From UHGV virus genome UHGV-0135847: 35,435 nt of DNA. One strand, given 5' to 3'. The position numbers were made by a program, and so were the translations under genes. This DNA is from a virus. The notes below the pieces were generated by a model. That model did not search any database. It saw only the letters and a list, made by a program, of their open reading frames with translations, and was not told where the DNA came from. Positions 23,290-33,413 of this stretch are shown here, in pieces; within the stretch, counting starts at the first letter, position 1, and the number at the start of each line of letters is the position of its first letter.

Positions 23290-25593
23290 ATGAGTACCAC
23301 AACACGAAAATTTAAAACCGTTATCACCGATACGGGTGCAAAAAAATTAGCTCAGGCAGCCGCGCCAGATGGTAAGCCTGTCCGCCTGACTCATATGGCC
23401 GTGGGCGACGGTGGCGGCACGTTGCCCACACCAGACAGTAAGCAGACCCGTCTGGTGCATGAGGTGTGGCGACATACTGTTAATCGCGTCATCCTGGACG
23501 CAACACATCAGAACCGCATTATTGCGGAGCTGGTTATTCCTCCTGAAACGGGCGGATTCTGGATCCGGGAAATTGGTGTATTTGATGAGCACGGCGATTT
23601 AATCGCGGTGGGAAATACTGCCGAAAGTTACAAGCCAGCCGTTGCCGAAGGGTCCGGTCGTGCACAAACATTTCGCACCATTCTGACCGTATCCAGCACG
23701 GCCACCGTGGCGCTTACCGTGGATAACACCATGGTGATGGCCACAGTGGATTACGTGGATGACAAACTAAAAGAGCATGAACAGTCACGACATCACCCGG
23801 ATGCCTCGCTGACCGCAAAAGGCTTTGTTCAACTCAGTAGCGCCATCAACAGCGATTCTGAAACACTGGCTGCAACGCCGAAAGCGGTTAAGGCCGCGTA
23901 TGACCTTGCTAACGGAAAATATACCGCTCAGGACGCCACGACAGCACGAAAAGGAATAGTCCAGCTCAGTAGTGCCACCAACAGCGATTCTGAAACGCTC
24001 GCCGCAACACCAAAAGCGGTAAAGGCCGCGTATGACCTTGCTAACGGGAAATACACTGCACAGGACGCCACCACAGCGCGAAAAGGTCTTGTCCAGCTCA
24101 GTAGCGTCACCAACAGCGATTCTGAAACGCTTGCGGCAACGCCAAAAGCGGTAAAGGCCGCGTATGACCTTGCTAACGGGAAATACACTGCACAAGATGC
24201 CACTACAGCGCGAAAAGGTCTTGTCCAGCTCAGTAGCGCCACCAACAGTGATTCTGAAACGCTGGCCGCAACATCAAAAGCAGTGAAGTCTGCCTATGAC
24301 AATGCTGAAAAACGTCTTCAGAAAGATCAGAACGGTGCGGATATTCCGGGAAAGGATACCTTCACGAAAAATATCGGTGCCTGTCGTGCTTATAGCGGCG
24401 CTTTGAGCACTGAAGCCGGAAACTGGACAACCGCTCAGTTTATTGAATGGCTGGATTCCCGTGGTGCATTTAATCATCCGTACTGGATGTGCAAAGGCTC
24501 CTGGTCATATGCAAATAACAAAATCATTACGGATACCGGATGTGGTGATATCCACCTGGCTGGTTGTGTCGTCGAGGTCATGGGAACAAAATCTGCAATC
24601 ACTATCCGAGTGACCACGCCAACAACATCAAGTGGTGGCGGTACAACCAGCGCGCAATTCACTTACATTAATCATGGGGACGGCTACTCCCCCGGCTGGC
24701 GTCGTGACTGGAATCGTCAGGGCGACTCAATGACCGGAACGATTAATCAGGATGGCGGAAGCCAGAATGCCTATATGTCTACGGCCTTATGTTCAGGCAC
24801 CAGAGGCGGCAAAAAATATCTCAGAAAGTTTCGTGGTGGAGAAGGAGATACTATCTGGCATGAAACAGTACAGGGCGGGGTAGTTCGCTGGGCGACAGGT
24901 AATACTGATGCTCAGGAAGAATTATCACTCAGCTCCGCTTATGGTCTCCGTTCTAGAGGTGAAATTACATCACTCAGTGCTAATGGTCTGCGCATTGCTT
25001 ATGGCAATTATGGATTCTTTATCAGGAATGATGGCGGCAGCACATATTTAATGCTGACGGCCTCTGGCGATAAATTTGGGACATGGAACGGTTTAAGACC
25101 GCTGACTATCAATAACGCTAATGGCGGAGTGTCAATGGGGCATGGCCTGAGTGTTACTGGTGATATTGCCTCAAGTACCAAAGTACGTGCCGGTAGCGGG
25201 AAAAAATTCACGGTCAGCAGCAGTAATACATCCACGAAGGAAGCCGCATTCAATTTGTGGGGAAACTCAAGTCGTCCGGTGGTGGCTGAATTAGGTGATG
25301 ATGCAGGCTGGCATTTTTACAGTCAGAGAAATACAGATAACAGCATCACTTTTGCTGTTAACGGTCAGGTATCACCATCTAACTATAGTAATTTTGATTC
25401 CCGCTATGTGAAAGATGTTCGCCTGGGTACGCGTGTTGTTCAGACCATGCAGAAAGGGGTGATGTATGAGAAATCAGGCCATGTAATTACAGGGCTTGGC
25501 ATTGTCGGCGAAGTTGATGGCGATGATCCGGCAGTATTCAGACCAATACAAAAATACATTAATGGCACATGGTATAACGTCGCACAGGTGTAA
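23290..25593 (+). CDS. H: Tail fibre protein H
   Basis: 767 aa; conserved N-terminal anchor domain, TPKAVK tail-fibre repeats, C-terminal ...YINGTWYNVAQV as in P2 H. Confidence 0.9.
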   Translation: MSTTTRKFKTVITDTGAKKLAQAAAPDGKPVRLTHMAVGDGGGTLPTPDSKQTRLVHEVWRHTVNRVILDATHQNRIIAELVIPPETGGFWIREIGVFDEHGDLIAVGNTAESYKPAVAEGSGRAQTFRTILTVSSTATVALTVDNTMVMATVDYVDDKLKEHEQSRHHPDASLTAKGFVQLSSAINSDSETLAATPKAVKAAYDLANGKYTAQDATTARKGIVQLSSATNSDSETLAATPKAVKAAYDLANGKYTAQDATTARKGLVQLSSVTNSDSETLAATPKAVKAAYDLANGKYTAQDATTARKGLVQLSSATNSDSETLAATSKAVKSAYDNAEKRLQKDQNGADIPGKDTFTKNIGACRAYSGALSTEAGNWTTAQFIEWLDSRGAFNHPYWMCKGSWSYANNKIITDTGCGDIHLAGCVVEVMGTKSAITIRVTTPTTSSGGGTTSAQFTYINHGDGYSPGWRRDWNRQGDSMTGTINQDGGSQNAYMSTALCSGTRGGKKYLRKFRGGEGDTIWHETVQGGVVRWATGNTDAQEELSLSSAYGLRSRGEITSLSANGLRIAYGNYGFFIRNDGGSTYLMLTASGDKFGTWNGLRPLTINNANGGVSMGHGLSVTGDIASSTKVRAGSGKKFTVSSSNTSTKEAAFNLWGNSSRPVVAELGDDAGWHFYSQRNTDNSITFAVNGQVSPSNYSNFDSRYVKDVRLGTRVVQTMQKGVMYEKSGHVITGLGIVGEVDGDDPAVFRPIQKYINGTWYNVAQV
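23818..24297 (+). repeat. Four tandem 120-bp (40-codon) coding repeats within tail fibre gene H (fourth copy diverges)
   Basis: Repeated unit KG(F/I/L)VQLSS(A/V)(I/T)NSDSETLAATPKAVKAAYDLANGKYTAQDATTAR read directly from translation and DNA. Confidence 0.85.
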
Positions 25594-25596
25594 TTT

Positions 25597-26130
25597 ATGC
25601 AGCATTTAAAAAATATTACTGCGGGTAATCCCAAAACTGTTGCCCAATATCAACTGACAAAAAATTTTGATGTTATCTGGTTATGGTCTGAAGACGGAAA
25701 AAACTGGTATGAGGAAGTAAGTAATTTTCAGGAGGACACGATAAAGATTGTTTACGACGAGAATAATATAATTGTCGGCATCACCAGAGATGCTTCAACG
25801 CTCAACCCTGAAGGTTTCAGCGTTGTCGAGGTTCCTGATATTACCGCCAACCGACGTGCTGATGACTCAGGTAAATGGATGTTTAAGGATGGTGCCGTCA
25901 TTAAACGTATATATTCCGAAGAAGAGCAACGGTTGCAGGTTGAAAATCAGAAACAAAAGTTGTTACAACAGGCCAGAGAAAAAACGCAGTTCTGGCAAAC
26001 CCAGCTTACTTTGGGGATTATCACTGATTCAGACAGGCAACAACTGATGAACTGGATGCGGTACGTGCAACAGATTGAAGCCACTGATACCTCTGAATTG
26101 CCCGTTACATTTCCGGAACAACCAGAATAA
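25597..26130 (+). CDS. G: Tail fibre assembly chaperone (P2 gpG-type)
   Basis: 177 aa [14 protein letters not shown]...[17 protein letters not shown] closely parallels P2 G N-terminus. Confidence 0.85.
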   Translation: MQHLKNITAGNPKTVAQYQLTKNFDVIWLWSEDGKNWYEEVSNFQEDTIKIVYDENNIIVGITRDASTLNPEGFSVVEVPDITANRRADDSGKWMFKDGAVIKRIYSEEEQRLQVENQKQKLLQQAREKTQFWQTQLTLGIITDSDRQQLMNWMRYVQQIEATDTSELPVTFPEQPE

Positions 26131-26168
26131 ACGATAAGACCAGAATACCGGGTCTTATCGTTTCTGTT
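26131..26168. terminator. Bidirectional intrinsic-terminator-like hairpin between convergent G and U
   Basis: 11-bp perfect stem ACGATAAGACC/GGTCTTATCGT with 9-nt loop, T-rich tracts on both strands. Confidence 0.55.
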
Positions 26169-26171
26169 AAA

Positions 26172-26666
26172 TCAGAACAGCCCTTTAACTGAACTGGCCG
26201 CGTTGTTAATGGATGCTGTCACCTTATCTTTGAAGCCGGACAGCATATCGCTGAACGATGAGGATTGCAGGCGCTCCCGCAAATCCTCATCACAGCGTTC
26301 AAGGGTCAGTGAAAATTCTATCTTTTTCGCCTTACCGTAGCGATCAAACTCGGAACGGGTCGTATTCGTTCCGGTCAGGACATACATGCCGTAAATCTGC
26401 CCGACGCCATCAATAAGAGGCCAGGGGCGTCCTGTATACGCCTGCGTGGTCAGCAGCGACAGCGACACTTCGCCACCTGTAATTTCAGGATAAAGCACAC
26501 CAGAAAGAACAATACGATCATCGCCTGCCCCGATATACTGCCATCTTGCTGAACGGTTAACGCGTTCATTTTTCACATGCCGCCAGCTTTTGCTTTGCTG
26601 TAACTGCTGATGCGGCAACGTGCGCAGCTCAAAAACAAACATGCCGTAGATCATCATCATGGCCAT
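26172..26666 (-). CDS. U: Tail protein U
   Basis: 164 aa; MAMMMIYGMFVFELRTLPHQQLQQSKSWRH start and overall pattern like P2 U. Confidence 0.8.
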   Translation of the reverse strand: MAMMMIYGMFVFELRTLPHQQLQQSKSWRHVKNERVNRSARWQYIGAGDDRIVLSGVLYPEITGGEVSLSLLTTQAYTGRPWPLIDGVGQIYGMYVLTGTNTTRSEFDRYGKAKKIEFSLTLERCDEDLRERLQSSSFSDMLSGFKDKVTASINNAASSVKGLF

Positions 26667-26672
26667 GACTCC

Positions 26673-29480
26673 TCAATCTTTATCGTAAAAACTGCCACGC
26701 CCGGCACGGGCGCGCCGTTCCATTTCTGCCCTGACCATTTCACCGACCAGTTTCGCCAGTTCGCGGGGATTCTGCGTAACGACGTTATGCAGATGAACAT
26801 GAATTTCACCGCCAAATCCTGAGGCAACAGGTTCCCGGTTACGCGAAGGTGCTGGGGCAGATGCCACTGGCGATCGTATGGCTTCCGCCACCGGGCGGGA
26901 GCTGGCCGCAACAACAGGGACCAGCGCCGGAGGCAGCGGGGCCGGAACCACAGGCGTGATATTAATTGCGGGGGCAGGCTTACTGACCTGCGCAATCTTC
27001 CGCTCCTGCCACTCCCCACGAACAGCAAGTGCGCGGGGCAGGTTCTTAAAGACAATATCGCCGGGGCCAATGCGTTTTTTCGTCTCATCAACCAGCTTAC
27101 CTGTGTTATCAGCAATTTTGCTGAGTCTGCGTAGCGTACCGGTATTGCTGTCTGTGAGCGGTTTATTATCTTTGGGTTTATCACCTCCGGTGCCATTGCC
27201 ATTTTCTACAGGCTTCGGCGGATTGATTTTCGCCAGGTCCCCCTGAAGCAAGGCAACCTTGTCCTGAAGAATGGCCGCACGCTGTGCGTCTTCGATTTTC
27301 TTTCTCGCCCTTTCCGCTTCATCCGGAAGCACACCGAGTTTTTCAAGTATCCACGCCAGCGTATCCAGCAACATTTTTGCAGGCGTCAGAACAAGCTGTA
27401 GCGCGCCACCAAGAGCGTTACCGAATATCTCGCCAGCACTGGTACATTTATCCAGCGTTTCCTTGCTGGACTCCATCGGTGACAGCAGCGATTTAAACCA
27501 GTTAAACACCTGGCTGATCCCGCTTCCGATTGCGTCAAAAACAGGACCAAACCGTTCAAAGGTTTCACGCAACGGGTTCAGCCTTTCCATAATCCCGCTG
27601 AACACCCCGGCAAAAAATGCCCTGATGGGATCCCAGTATTTCCAGATAAGAACGGCAGCTCCGGCAAGCGCAGCCACGATAAGACCAACCGGACTGAACA
27701 GCGCCCCGATAGCGCCTCCCAGCAAAGAAACGGAACCCGTCACCATTCCCCACAGCGCAGGCAACACTCTGACAACATTCATTGACCGGGTAAGAATGTC
27801 AAAACCAAGACGCAGGGTGGCCAGCTTCCCGTAAAGCACCCCAATAACCAGCGACAACGAGCCAATCGTTGCAGTCATTGCCAGCAACGCACCGCCTGCT
27901 ATCAGTAGCTGGCGCGTCAGCACCGGATGGGCCTGCGCCAGCGAGGTGATTTTTTCAAGCACCCGCGTGAGCCACTGCGTGACAGAACGCAGCGGACCGT
28001 CAACCAGATCACTGATGCGAATACGAAGACCTTCCCATGCGCTGTCGAGATTTTTCAGGTCCCCATCAAGATTATCGGCCATTACTTTTGCGACGCGATC
28101 GGCCTCTCCCCTTGCCCCCTGCAATTCTCTGGTCAGTTTTTGCAGCTCTCCTGAACCAGCCGCCGCAACAAGCGTCTGCAAACCAACGAACGCCTCTTCT
28201 CCGGCGATGTCCTTGAAGAAGGAGACCTGGTCCACCTGTCCGTATTTTTGTGTCGCCTTATAGAGATCAAGCAGCACATCCTCCATCGGGCGCATTTTGC
28301 CTCTGGCGTCAGCAACTGACACCCCCAGCTCTTTCAGTGCATCAGCCGCAGCTTTTGGCGGTGATGCAAGGCGGGACAAACTTGCGCGCATGGCCGTGCC
28401 AGCATCGCTTCCGCGAAGACCATTATTGGCAAGCATCCCGGCCATGGCCGCCGCTTCTTCAAGACTGATACCAAGTTTTGCGGCAACCGGACCGGTATAC
28501 TTCATGGTTTCGCCCAGCGCGCGTAAATCAGTATTGGTCCGGGTAAATGCTGCTGTCAGCGTATCGCCCACCCGGTCCATTTGATCGGCTGTCAGGTTGA
28601 ACTGTGTGAGGATATTGGAGCCTATATCCGCCGTCTCGCCGAGTTCGACGCCACCTGCCAGCGCCATATTAAGAACACCGGGCAATGCGGCCTGAATGGC
28701 CTGCGGAGTAAAACCAGCCATTGCCAGAAAGCTCTGCCCACTGGCGGCATCACTCGCAGTAAACTGTGTTTCAGAGCCAAGTTTTAACGCCTGCTCACGC
28801 AGCGCCTTAAACTGCGGGCTGTTTTTGTCGATTCGCGTCAGTGCCTGAACGCGGGACATCTCTTTGCCGAACCCGATCGCAGGCTGCAAAAAACGCCCGG
28901 CAGCATAGCCGCCCGCCGCTGCCGCACCAATTGCCAGCGCACCACCTGTTTTCAGTTTTCCCGCGGTTTCCTGCGCGCGCGAATACCGCTCACGCGCCCG
29001 CGTTACACGCGCAAGCGCCTGCCGTTCGCGTTCAAGCTGGTTGTTGTACTGTTCGGTGCGTCTGATGGCCTGCTGGATGGTGTTATCGCTGCCTGTCAGG
29101 GAAATGCCGTGGCGTTTCAGCTCTCCGCCAAGCTCCCGCATTTTCTGAATTTCCCGTGTGCGCGATTCATTCAGGCGTTCAAGCCGGGTGCTTAACTGCT
29201 GCATCAGCTTTTGTTGTTTTTCGCTGAGCACTGTACCCGTGCGTTGTAACTGATTAAGGGCGTTAAGCTGGCGTCGTGCTTTCACGATACCCGCATCCGC
29301 TTTACTGACAGCGTCGCGGGCGCGCTCAAATGATCGCGCCTGACGCTCGAGATTTTTGATCGCCCCCTGCGTTCGCTGGATGGAGTCACCAAACTGCCCC
29401 ATCAGGCGGCGGGCGTTTTCGGCAGGCCGGGTCAGCCTGTCAACGGCGCTGAAAGCGACCCGGATATCAAGAGTCTTCAT
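26673..29480 (-). CDS. T: Tail tape measure protein (P2 gpT-type); start uncertain (29480, 29489 or GTG 29516)
   Basis: ~935 aa, coiled-coil N-terminal half, Gly/Ala-rich hydrophobic middle, position after E/E'. Confidence 0.85.
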   Translation of the reverse strand: MKTLDIRVAFSAVDRLTRPAENARRLMGQFGDSIQRTQGAIKNLERQARSFERARDAVSKADAGIVKARRQLNALNQLQRTGTVLSEKQQKLMQQLSTRLERLNESRTREIQKMRELGGELKRHGISLTGSDNTIQQAIRRTEQYNNQLERERQALARVTRARERYSRAQETAGKLKTGGALAIGAAAAGGYAAGRFLQPAIGFGKEMSRVQALTRIDKNSPQFKALREQALKLGSETQFTASDAASGQSFLAMAGFTPQAIQAALPGVLNMALAGGVELGETADIGSNILTQFNLTADQMDRVGDTLTAAFTRTNTDLRALGETMKYTGPVAAKLGISLEEAAAMAGMLANNGLRGSDAGTAMRASLSRLASPPKAAADALKELGVSVADARGKMRPMEDVLLDLYKATQKYGQVDQVSFFKDIAGEEAFVGLQTLVAAAGSGELQKLTRELQGARGEADRVAKVMADNLDGDLKNLDSAWEGLRIRISDLVDGPLRSVTQWLTRVLEKITSLAQAHPVLTRQLLIAGGALLAMTATIGSLSLVIGVLYGKLATLRLGFDILTRSMNVVRVLPALWGMVTGSVSLLGGAIGALFSPVGLIVAALAGAAVLIWKYWDPIRAFFAGVFSGIMERLNPLRETFERFGPVFDAIGSGISQVFNWFKSLLSPMESSKETLDKCTSAGEIFGNALGGALQLVLTPAKMLLDTLAWILEKLGVLPDEAERARKKIEDAQRAAILQDKVALLQGDLAKINPPKPVENGNGTGGDKPKDNKPLTDSNTGTLRRLSKIADNTGKLVDETKKRIGPGDIVFKNLPRALAVRGEWQERKIAQVSKPAPAINITPVVPAPLPPALVPVVAASSRPVAEAIRSPVASAPAPSRNREPVASGFGGEIHVHLHNVVTQNPRELAKLVGEMVRAEMERRARAGRGSFYDKD

Positions 29481-29996
29481 TGTCTGCATTCCCGCTGCGA
29501 AGTGCCGCCCGCTCACGCCAGCTAACCACTTCGCCGGGCGTCATCATGAAGATTTCGGCGGGCGACCAGTTAAAAATGGCGGCAATATCCGCCACAAAGT
29601 CTTCTATGTGCTCAAAGCACACAACCGTGATCAGGCTTCCGTCGCCTGTTCGTTCTTCCCGCCAGAGTCCGCACCGCTCAAAAAATTTACGGCAACCACA
29701 CATAACTGAATAAAATCACGGGATGCCATTTTTTTGATCGTCACTTCATCCAGTCGCGGTGATGTCACGCGTGACAGCAGCGTAAACATGGATTCCGCTT
29801 TCAGATTCAGCACATCAGACAGCGACAAATCTCGCAGAGATCCAGCCTGCTCAATAGCCCCGGTGATCTCCACATACGTGATTTTTTCGCCGCCTCGCTC
29901 AATTGGTTGGGTAAGTTTTACGCCACGCTCGCTGGTTTCTTTCACAGTGTCAGCAACGACCGTGTTTTCGGTATCGATGTTTTTCGTCTCTTTCAT
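29467..29996 (-). CDS. Tail assembly chaperone E+E' fusion made by programmed -1 ribosomal frameshift
   Basis: Slippery T_TTT_TTG in E zero frame at plus-strand 29679-29685; -1 frame continues as FFERCGLWREE... (ORF 29467..29703). Confidence 0.65.
29631..29996 (-). CDS. E: Tail assembly chaperone E
   Basis: 121-aa ORF upstream of T; contains slippery heptamer near 3' end. Confidence 0.75.
   Translation of the reverse strand: MKETKNIDTENTVVADTVKETSERGVKLTQPIERGGEKITYVEITGAIEQAGSLRDLSLSDVLNLKAESMFTLLSRVTSPRLDEVTIKKMASRDFIQLCVVAVNFLSGADSGGKNEQATEA
29679..29685 (-). other. -1 frameshift slippery heptamer TTTTTTG
   Basis: Read on minus strand; codons AAT TTT TTG (N F L) in E frame. Confidence 0.6.
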
Positions 29997-30050
29997 CAGG
30001 AAACTCCTTTCAGTCAGAGGCGACGCACTGCGCCGCCTGCATATTACTTA

Positions 30051-30563
30051 TCAGCCAAGCCCGAGCGCGGAACGGATGCGATCGGGCACAATGTCCTTGC
30101 CGTCCTTCCGGTAAATGAAGTTCAGCAGGTCAATCTCCCACAACGGGCGATCGTTAACACTCAGCTTGTAGTAGGTGTTTTTAATGGCGTAAGTGTGTGA
30201 TGTGGCTTCGCCCTGTTTGGCTTCCCCCATATCAATTTCCGTCACACGTCCGCGCATTTCGACTTCATACAGGTCGCTTTCTGCATCGGTGTAGTATTCA
30301 CCCGCAAAACGCAGCAGCGTGCCGTCAATCGTGCCGCCATACTTAAGGAACAGCTCACGAACTGCGCCCCCCATGACAAAGCTCGCATCAAGCGCGGAGT
30401 CGTCCAGGCCGAGATCAATACTTACCGCCCCCATCATGCCACCACCCCGGTAGCTGTCGGTTTTGCGCGTCAGCTTAGGCAAAGTGACGGACGTCACCTT
30501 ACCCACTTCGTTTTCACCATCCACAAACAGCGTAAAAAAGCGAAGATGTTTTGGCACAGCCAT
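30051..30563 (-). CDS. FII: Tail tube protein (P2 gpFII-type)
   Basis: 170 aa; position directly after sheath gene; pattern as P2 FII. Confidence 0.9.
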   Translation of the reverse strand: MAVPKHLRFFTLFVDGENEVGKVTSVTLPKLTRKTDSYRGGGMMGAVSIDLGLDDSALDASFVMGGAVRELFLKYGGTIDGTLLRFAGEYYTDAESDLYEVEMRGRVTEIDMGEAKQGEATSHTYAIKNTYYKLSVNDRPLWEIDLLNFIYRKDGKDIVPDRIRSALGLG

Positions 30564-31747
30564 CAGGCACCTCCCAGCACCGCAAATGCGGGTTCAAAGT
30601 ATTCATCAGTAAACGTCTGGTAAAGCTCCATGTCTTCCAGTGGCGGAACGGGCGTATATTTGTAGCGAATACGCACACGCCCCTGACGTAAATCCGTGGT
30701 GCTGTTATCCACCACGTCATACCAGCACTCCGCGCCAATCAGTTTCCCGGCAGTCACCAGTGAATCCAGTTTTGCCCTGATGGCACTGATAACATCCTTC
30801 ACGTTCGCAGGCGTCAGTGGACTGTCGATGGTTTCAAACTGCGCTTCCGCAATTGAATCAGCCAGCACCTGTGCGGTTCGGGTATACACCTCAAAGATGT
30901 AGGCGTTCGTTTCCGGTGTGCGGTTGCCCCAGAAGCGGAACCCGTTGCGACGAATAATGGTCGTGATTTCTTTGTTGTTGAGGCTGTTGGCATCGCTGTC
31001 TTCGGCCTGCAACGACCAGAACACATGCCTCGACATCCCCAGCACATTTTTAACCGGAACGTTGGACAATGATTTGTGCCAGCCCTGCTCATGGTCAATG
31101 TACGCACGAAGGCCGCACGCATAGGCAGGCGCGGGGAACGTTTCGTTTTTGCCACTTTTCGGGTTGTAGGCGATGAAGTCCGGCCATAAGAGCATCACCT
31201 CACGTTCGTTGAATTTCTGGCGGTAGGTAATCGCCTCAGCCATCGTGTTACAGCCGTGACATGAGGCATACACAAACGCGCGCAGTTTACCTGCAATCAC
31301 GCACAGGGATTTTGTTACAGCCTCCGTGTCCAGCTCCGGCGCGGCCAGAATACGCGGACGGTATCCGATGCTTTCATCCTGCTCTGCAACAAGCAGCGCA
31401 TACATCCCCGTATAGCTGCCGTCATCCTCAGAACCACCGATAACCAGTTGATCCTGCGTCTTTCCGTCTTCTTCTTTGTGTTCAGCCACGCGAACGACGA
31501 CCACCTTTGTGCTCACCTGGTCTGCGATGGCCTTAAGCGCACGATAAAGCGTCCCCGTTGTCCCGCATTTTCCCAGCACATCATTGACGCGGGTCAGCAG
31601 TGTGGGCTTGTTCAGCGGGAACAGCTCCGCGTCCGCATCATCCGCCGTTGCCACGATACCGATAACGCTGGAATCAACATCGTTAATCGCTGTTACCAGG
31701 TCGGTATTTTCCGTAACACGGGCACCATGAAAACGAGTTTCACTCAT
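30563..31747 (-). CDS. FI: Contractile tail sheath protein (P2 gpFI-type)
   Basis: 394 aa; motifs FPLNKP, KLRAF, WPDF, EQGWHK, LIRRNGFRFWGNRT, YTRTAQV, YTPVPPLE parallel P2 FI. Confidence 0.9.
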   Translation of the reverse strand: MSETRFHGARVTENTDLVTAINDVDSSVIGIVATADDADAELFPLNKPTLLTRVNDVLGKCGTTGTLYRALKAIADQVSTKVVVVRVAEHKEEDGKTQDQLVIGGSEDDGSYTGMYALLVAEQDESIGYRPRILAAPELDTEAVTKSLCVIAGKLRAFVYASCHGCNTMAEAITYRQKFNEREVMLLWPDFIAYNPKSGKNETFPAPAYACGLRAYIDHEQGWHKSLSNVPVKNVLGMSRHVFWSLQAEDSDANSLNNKEITTIIRRNGFRFWGNRTPETNAYIFEVYTRTAQVLADSIAEAQFETIDSPLTPANVKDVISAIRAKLDSLVTAGKLIGAECWYDVVDNSTTDLRQGRVRIRYKYTPVPPLEDMELYQTFTDEYFEPAFAVLGGA

Positions 31748-31904
31748 AGCTTCAGCCCCTTGTATCCGTTAAATGATTCGGCAACAATCATCACCCACCA
31801 CGCGCGTAATCTCACCCCTGCGCCGTTCTCCCGACCCGGCGACAACAAAAAGCAGTAACCCCCTCTGCACGCACATGCGACCATGCCGCACAGGGAGGGA
31901 ACAG

Positions 31905-33014
31905 ATGACCGACACCACCATGCAATTGCTCAGTCAGGGCACAGACCCCGTGAAAATGCCAGATTTTGATATTCTCGCGGAGGGGAAAACGCTGTCAGGC
32001 GTGGCAGAGCGCCTGATGAGCCTGTCACTGACCGACAACCGGGGATTTGAGGCGGACCAGCTCACCATCACGCTGGATGATGCGGATGGTCAGTTGCAGC
32101 TACCGCCACGGGGCGCGCGCCTGACGGTTCTCATTGGCTGGAAAGGAGAACCGCTGACAGAAAAAGGCACTTACATTGTTGATGAAATCGCTCACGAAGG
32201 ACCGCCGGACAGGCTGACTGTTTCAGCCAGAAGCGCAGATTTTCGGGATGAATTTAACGTTAAACGTGAAGTGTCCTGGCATGATGTGACCGTTGAGCGC
32301 GTGGTATCCGCCATCGCTCATCGGTACGGCCTGAAACCGCAAATCAGCGAAATGCTGATGGATATCGAAATCGACCACGCCGACCAGACCGAAGAAAGCG
32401 ACATGTCCTTCCTCACGCGCATGGCGGAAATGCTGGGCGCAATCACCACGGTAAAAAGCGGTAACCTGTTATTCATCATGCCCGGCGGTGGCGTGAACGC
32501 ACAGGGCCAGCCGTTGCCCTCGTTCGCCATCACACGCAGCAGCGGCGATCGCCATCAGTTCCGCATTGCTGACCGCGAAGCGTATACGGGGGTACGCGCT
32601 TACTGGCTTGATCTTAATTACGGGAAAAAGAAAAAAGTCAGCGTGAAACGCCGCAAACCGCCAAAACCCAAAAAGGAGAAAAGCAGCAGCCGTGAAGGTG
32701 ATTATATGGAAGGCGCAGAAGGCAATGTGTTTGTGTTACGCAAGACTTATCAGAACGAGCAGGCAGCAAGACGCGCAGCGGCGGCAAAGTGGCAGCAGCT
32801 ACAACGCGGAGCCGCATCATTTTCCATCACGCTGGCGCGTGGACGTGCAGAACTCTACCCCGAAATGCATGGCACGGTAACAGGATTTAAAAGCGAGATT
32901 GATAATCAGGACTGGATTATTGCAAAAGCCGAGCACACTATTGATGACAGTGGCTTTACCACACAGCTTGAGCTTGAAGCAAAAATCCCGGAATGGATAG
33001 CGGAAACAGAATGA
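31905..33014 (+). CDS. D: Tail protein D (late control gene D product)
   Basis: Start ATG 31905 after GGGAGGGA RBS; ~369 aa; divergent from FI. Confidence 0.85.
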   Translation: MTDTTMQLLSQGTDPVKMPDFDILAEGKTLSGVAERLMSLSLTDNRGFEADQLTITLDDADGQLQLPPRGARLTVLIGWKGEPLTEKGTYIVDEIAHEGPPDRLTVSARSADFRDEFNVKREVSWHDVTVERVVSAIAHRYGLKPQISEMLMDIEIDHADQTEESDMSFLTRMAEMLGAITTVKSGNLLFIMPGGGVNAQGQPLPSFAITRSSGDRHQFRIADREAYTGVRAYWLDLNYGKKKKVSVKRRKPPKPKKEKSSSREGDYMEGAEGNVFVLRKTYQNEQAARRAAAAKWQQLQRGAASFSITLARGRAELYPEMHGTVTGFKSEIDNQDWIIAKAEHTIDDSGFTTQLELEAKIPEWIAETE

Positions 33015-33413
33015 GCAAATTAGATGTATTGACTCAAACCAGAACTGACACACTCACAGCACAGTGCCAGACCCAATCTGGCAGCCCGCTTTGTGCCTAG
33101 AGTAGGTGTTGCTTATGTAACAGTTAATCCACGGATAGTGGTCATGAATGCTGGTTGAAGTTGTATTGCCATGAGTGGTCAATTAGGGACTCACTTATTA
33201 TCGCGTGCTCACCATTGATGGGTAAGATCATGCATTTCGGCTACTGTACTTCGCGAATCCTCCACACACAGGCAACACCTGATTTAAGAACAGAGGGAGA
33301 TGATGACGCAAGGAAGATTTATTATCGTGCATGTGGCAGATGATCTTTTAGCTGCCGGAGTGATAAATTACACCTATTTTCGATAAGTGTTTTTGTTATA
33401 GAACATTAATTTC

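Noticed and set aside
23785-24245. Minus-strand ORFs of 136 and 105 aa with internal repeats
   Set aside because: Mirror images of the tandem coding repeats in tail fibre gene H, not independent genes.
23818-24297. Possible CRISPR array suggested by regular 120-bp repeats
   Set aside because: Repeats are contiguous with no spacers, are in-frame within gene H and encode the tail-fibre motif; not CRISPR.
26878-28787. Several plus-strand ORFs (122, 187, 105, 95, 68 aa) opposite the tape-measure gene
   Set aside because: Antisense to a long conserved structural gene; Ser/Pro/Ala-rich low-complexity translations.
33300-33386. 28-aa ORF (MMTQGRFIIVHVADDLLAAGVINYTYFR) upstream of the SEC-C gene, and the 62-aa ORF 33155..33343
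   Set aside because: Apparent Shine-Dalgarno is directly adjacent to the ATG (spacing 0-3 nt), and there is no hydrophobic or other motif; more likely part of the promoter/leader region.
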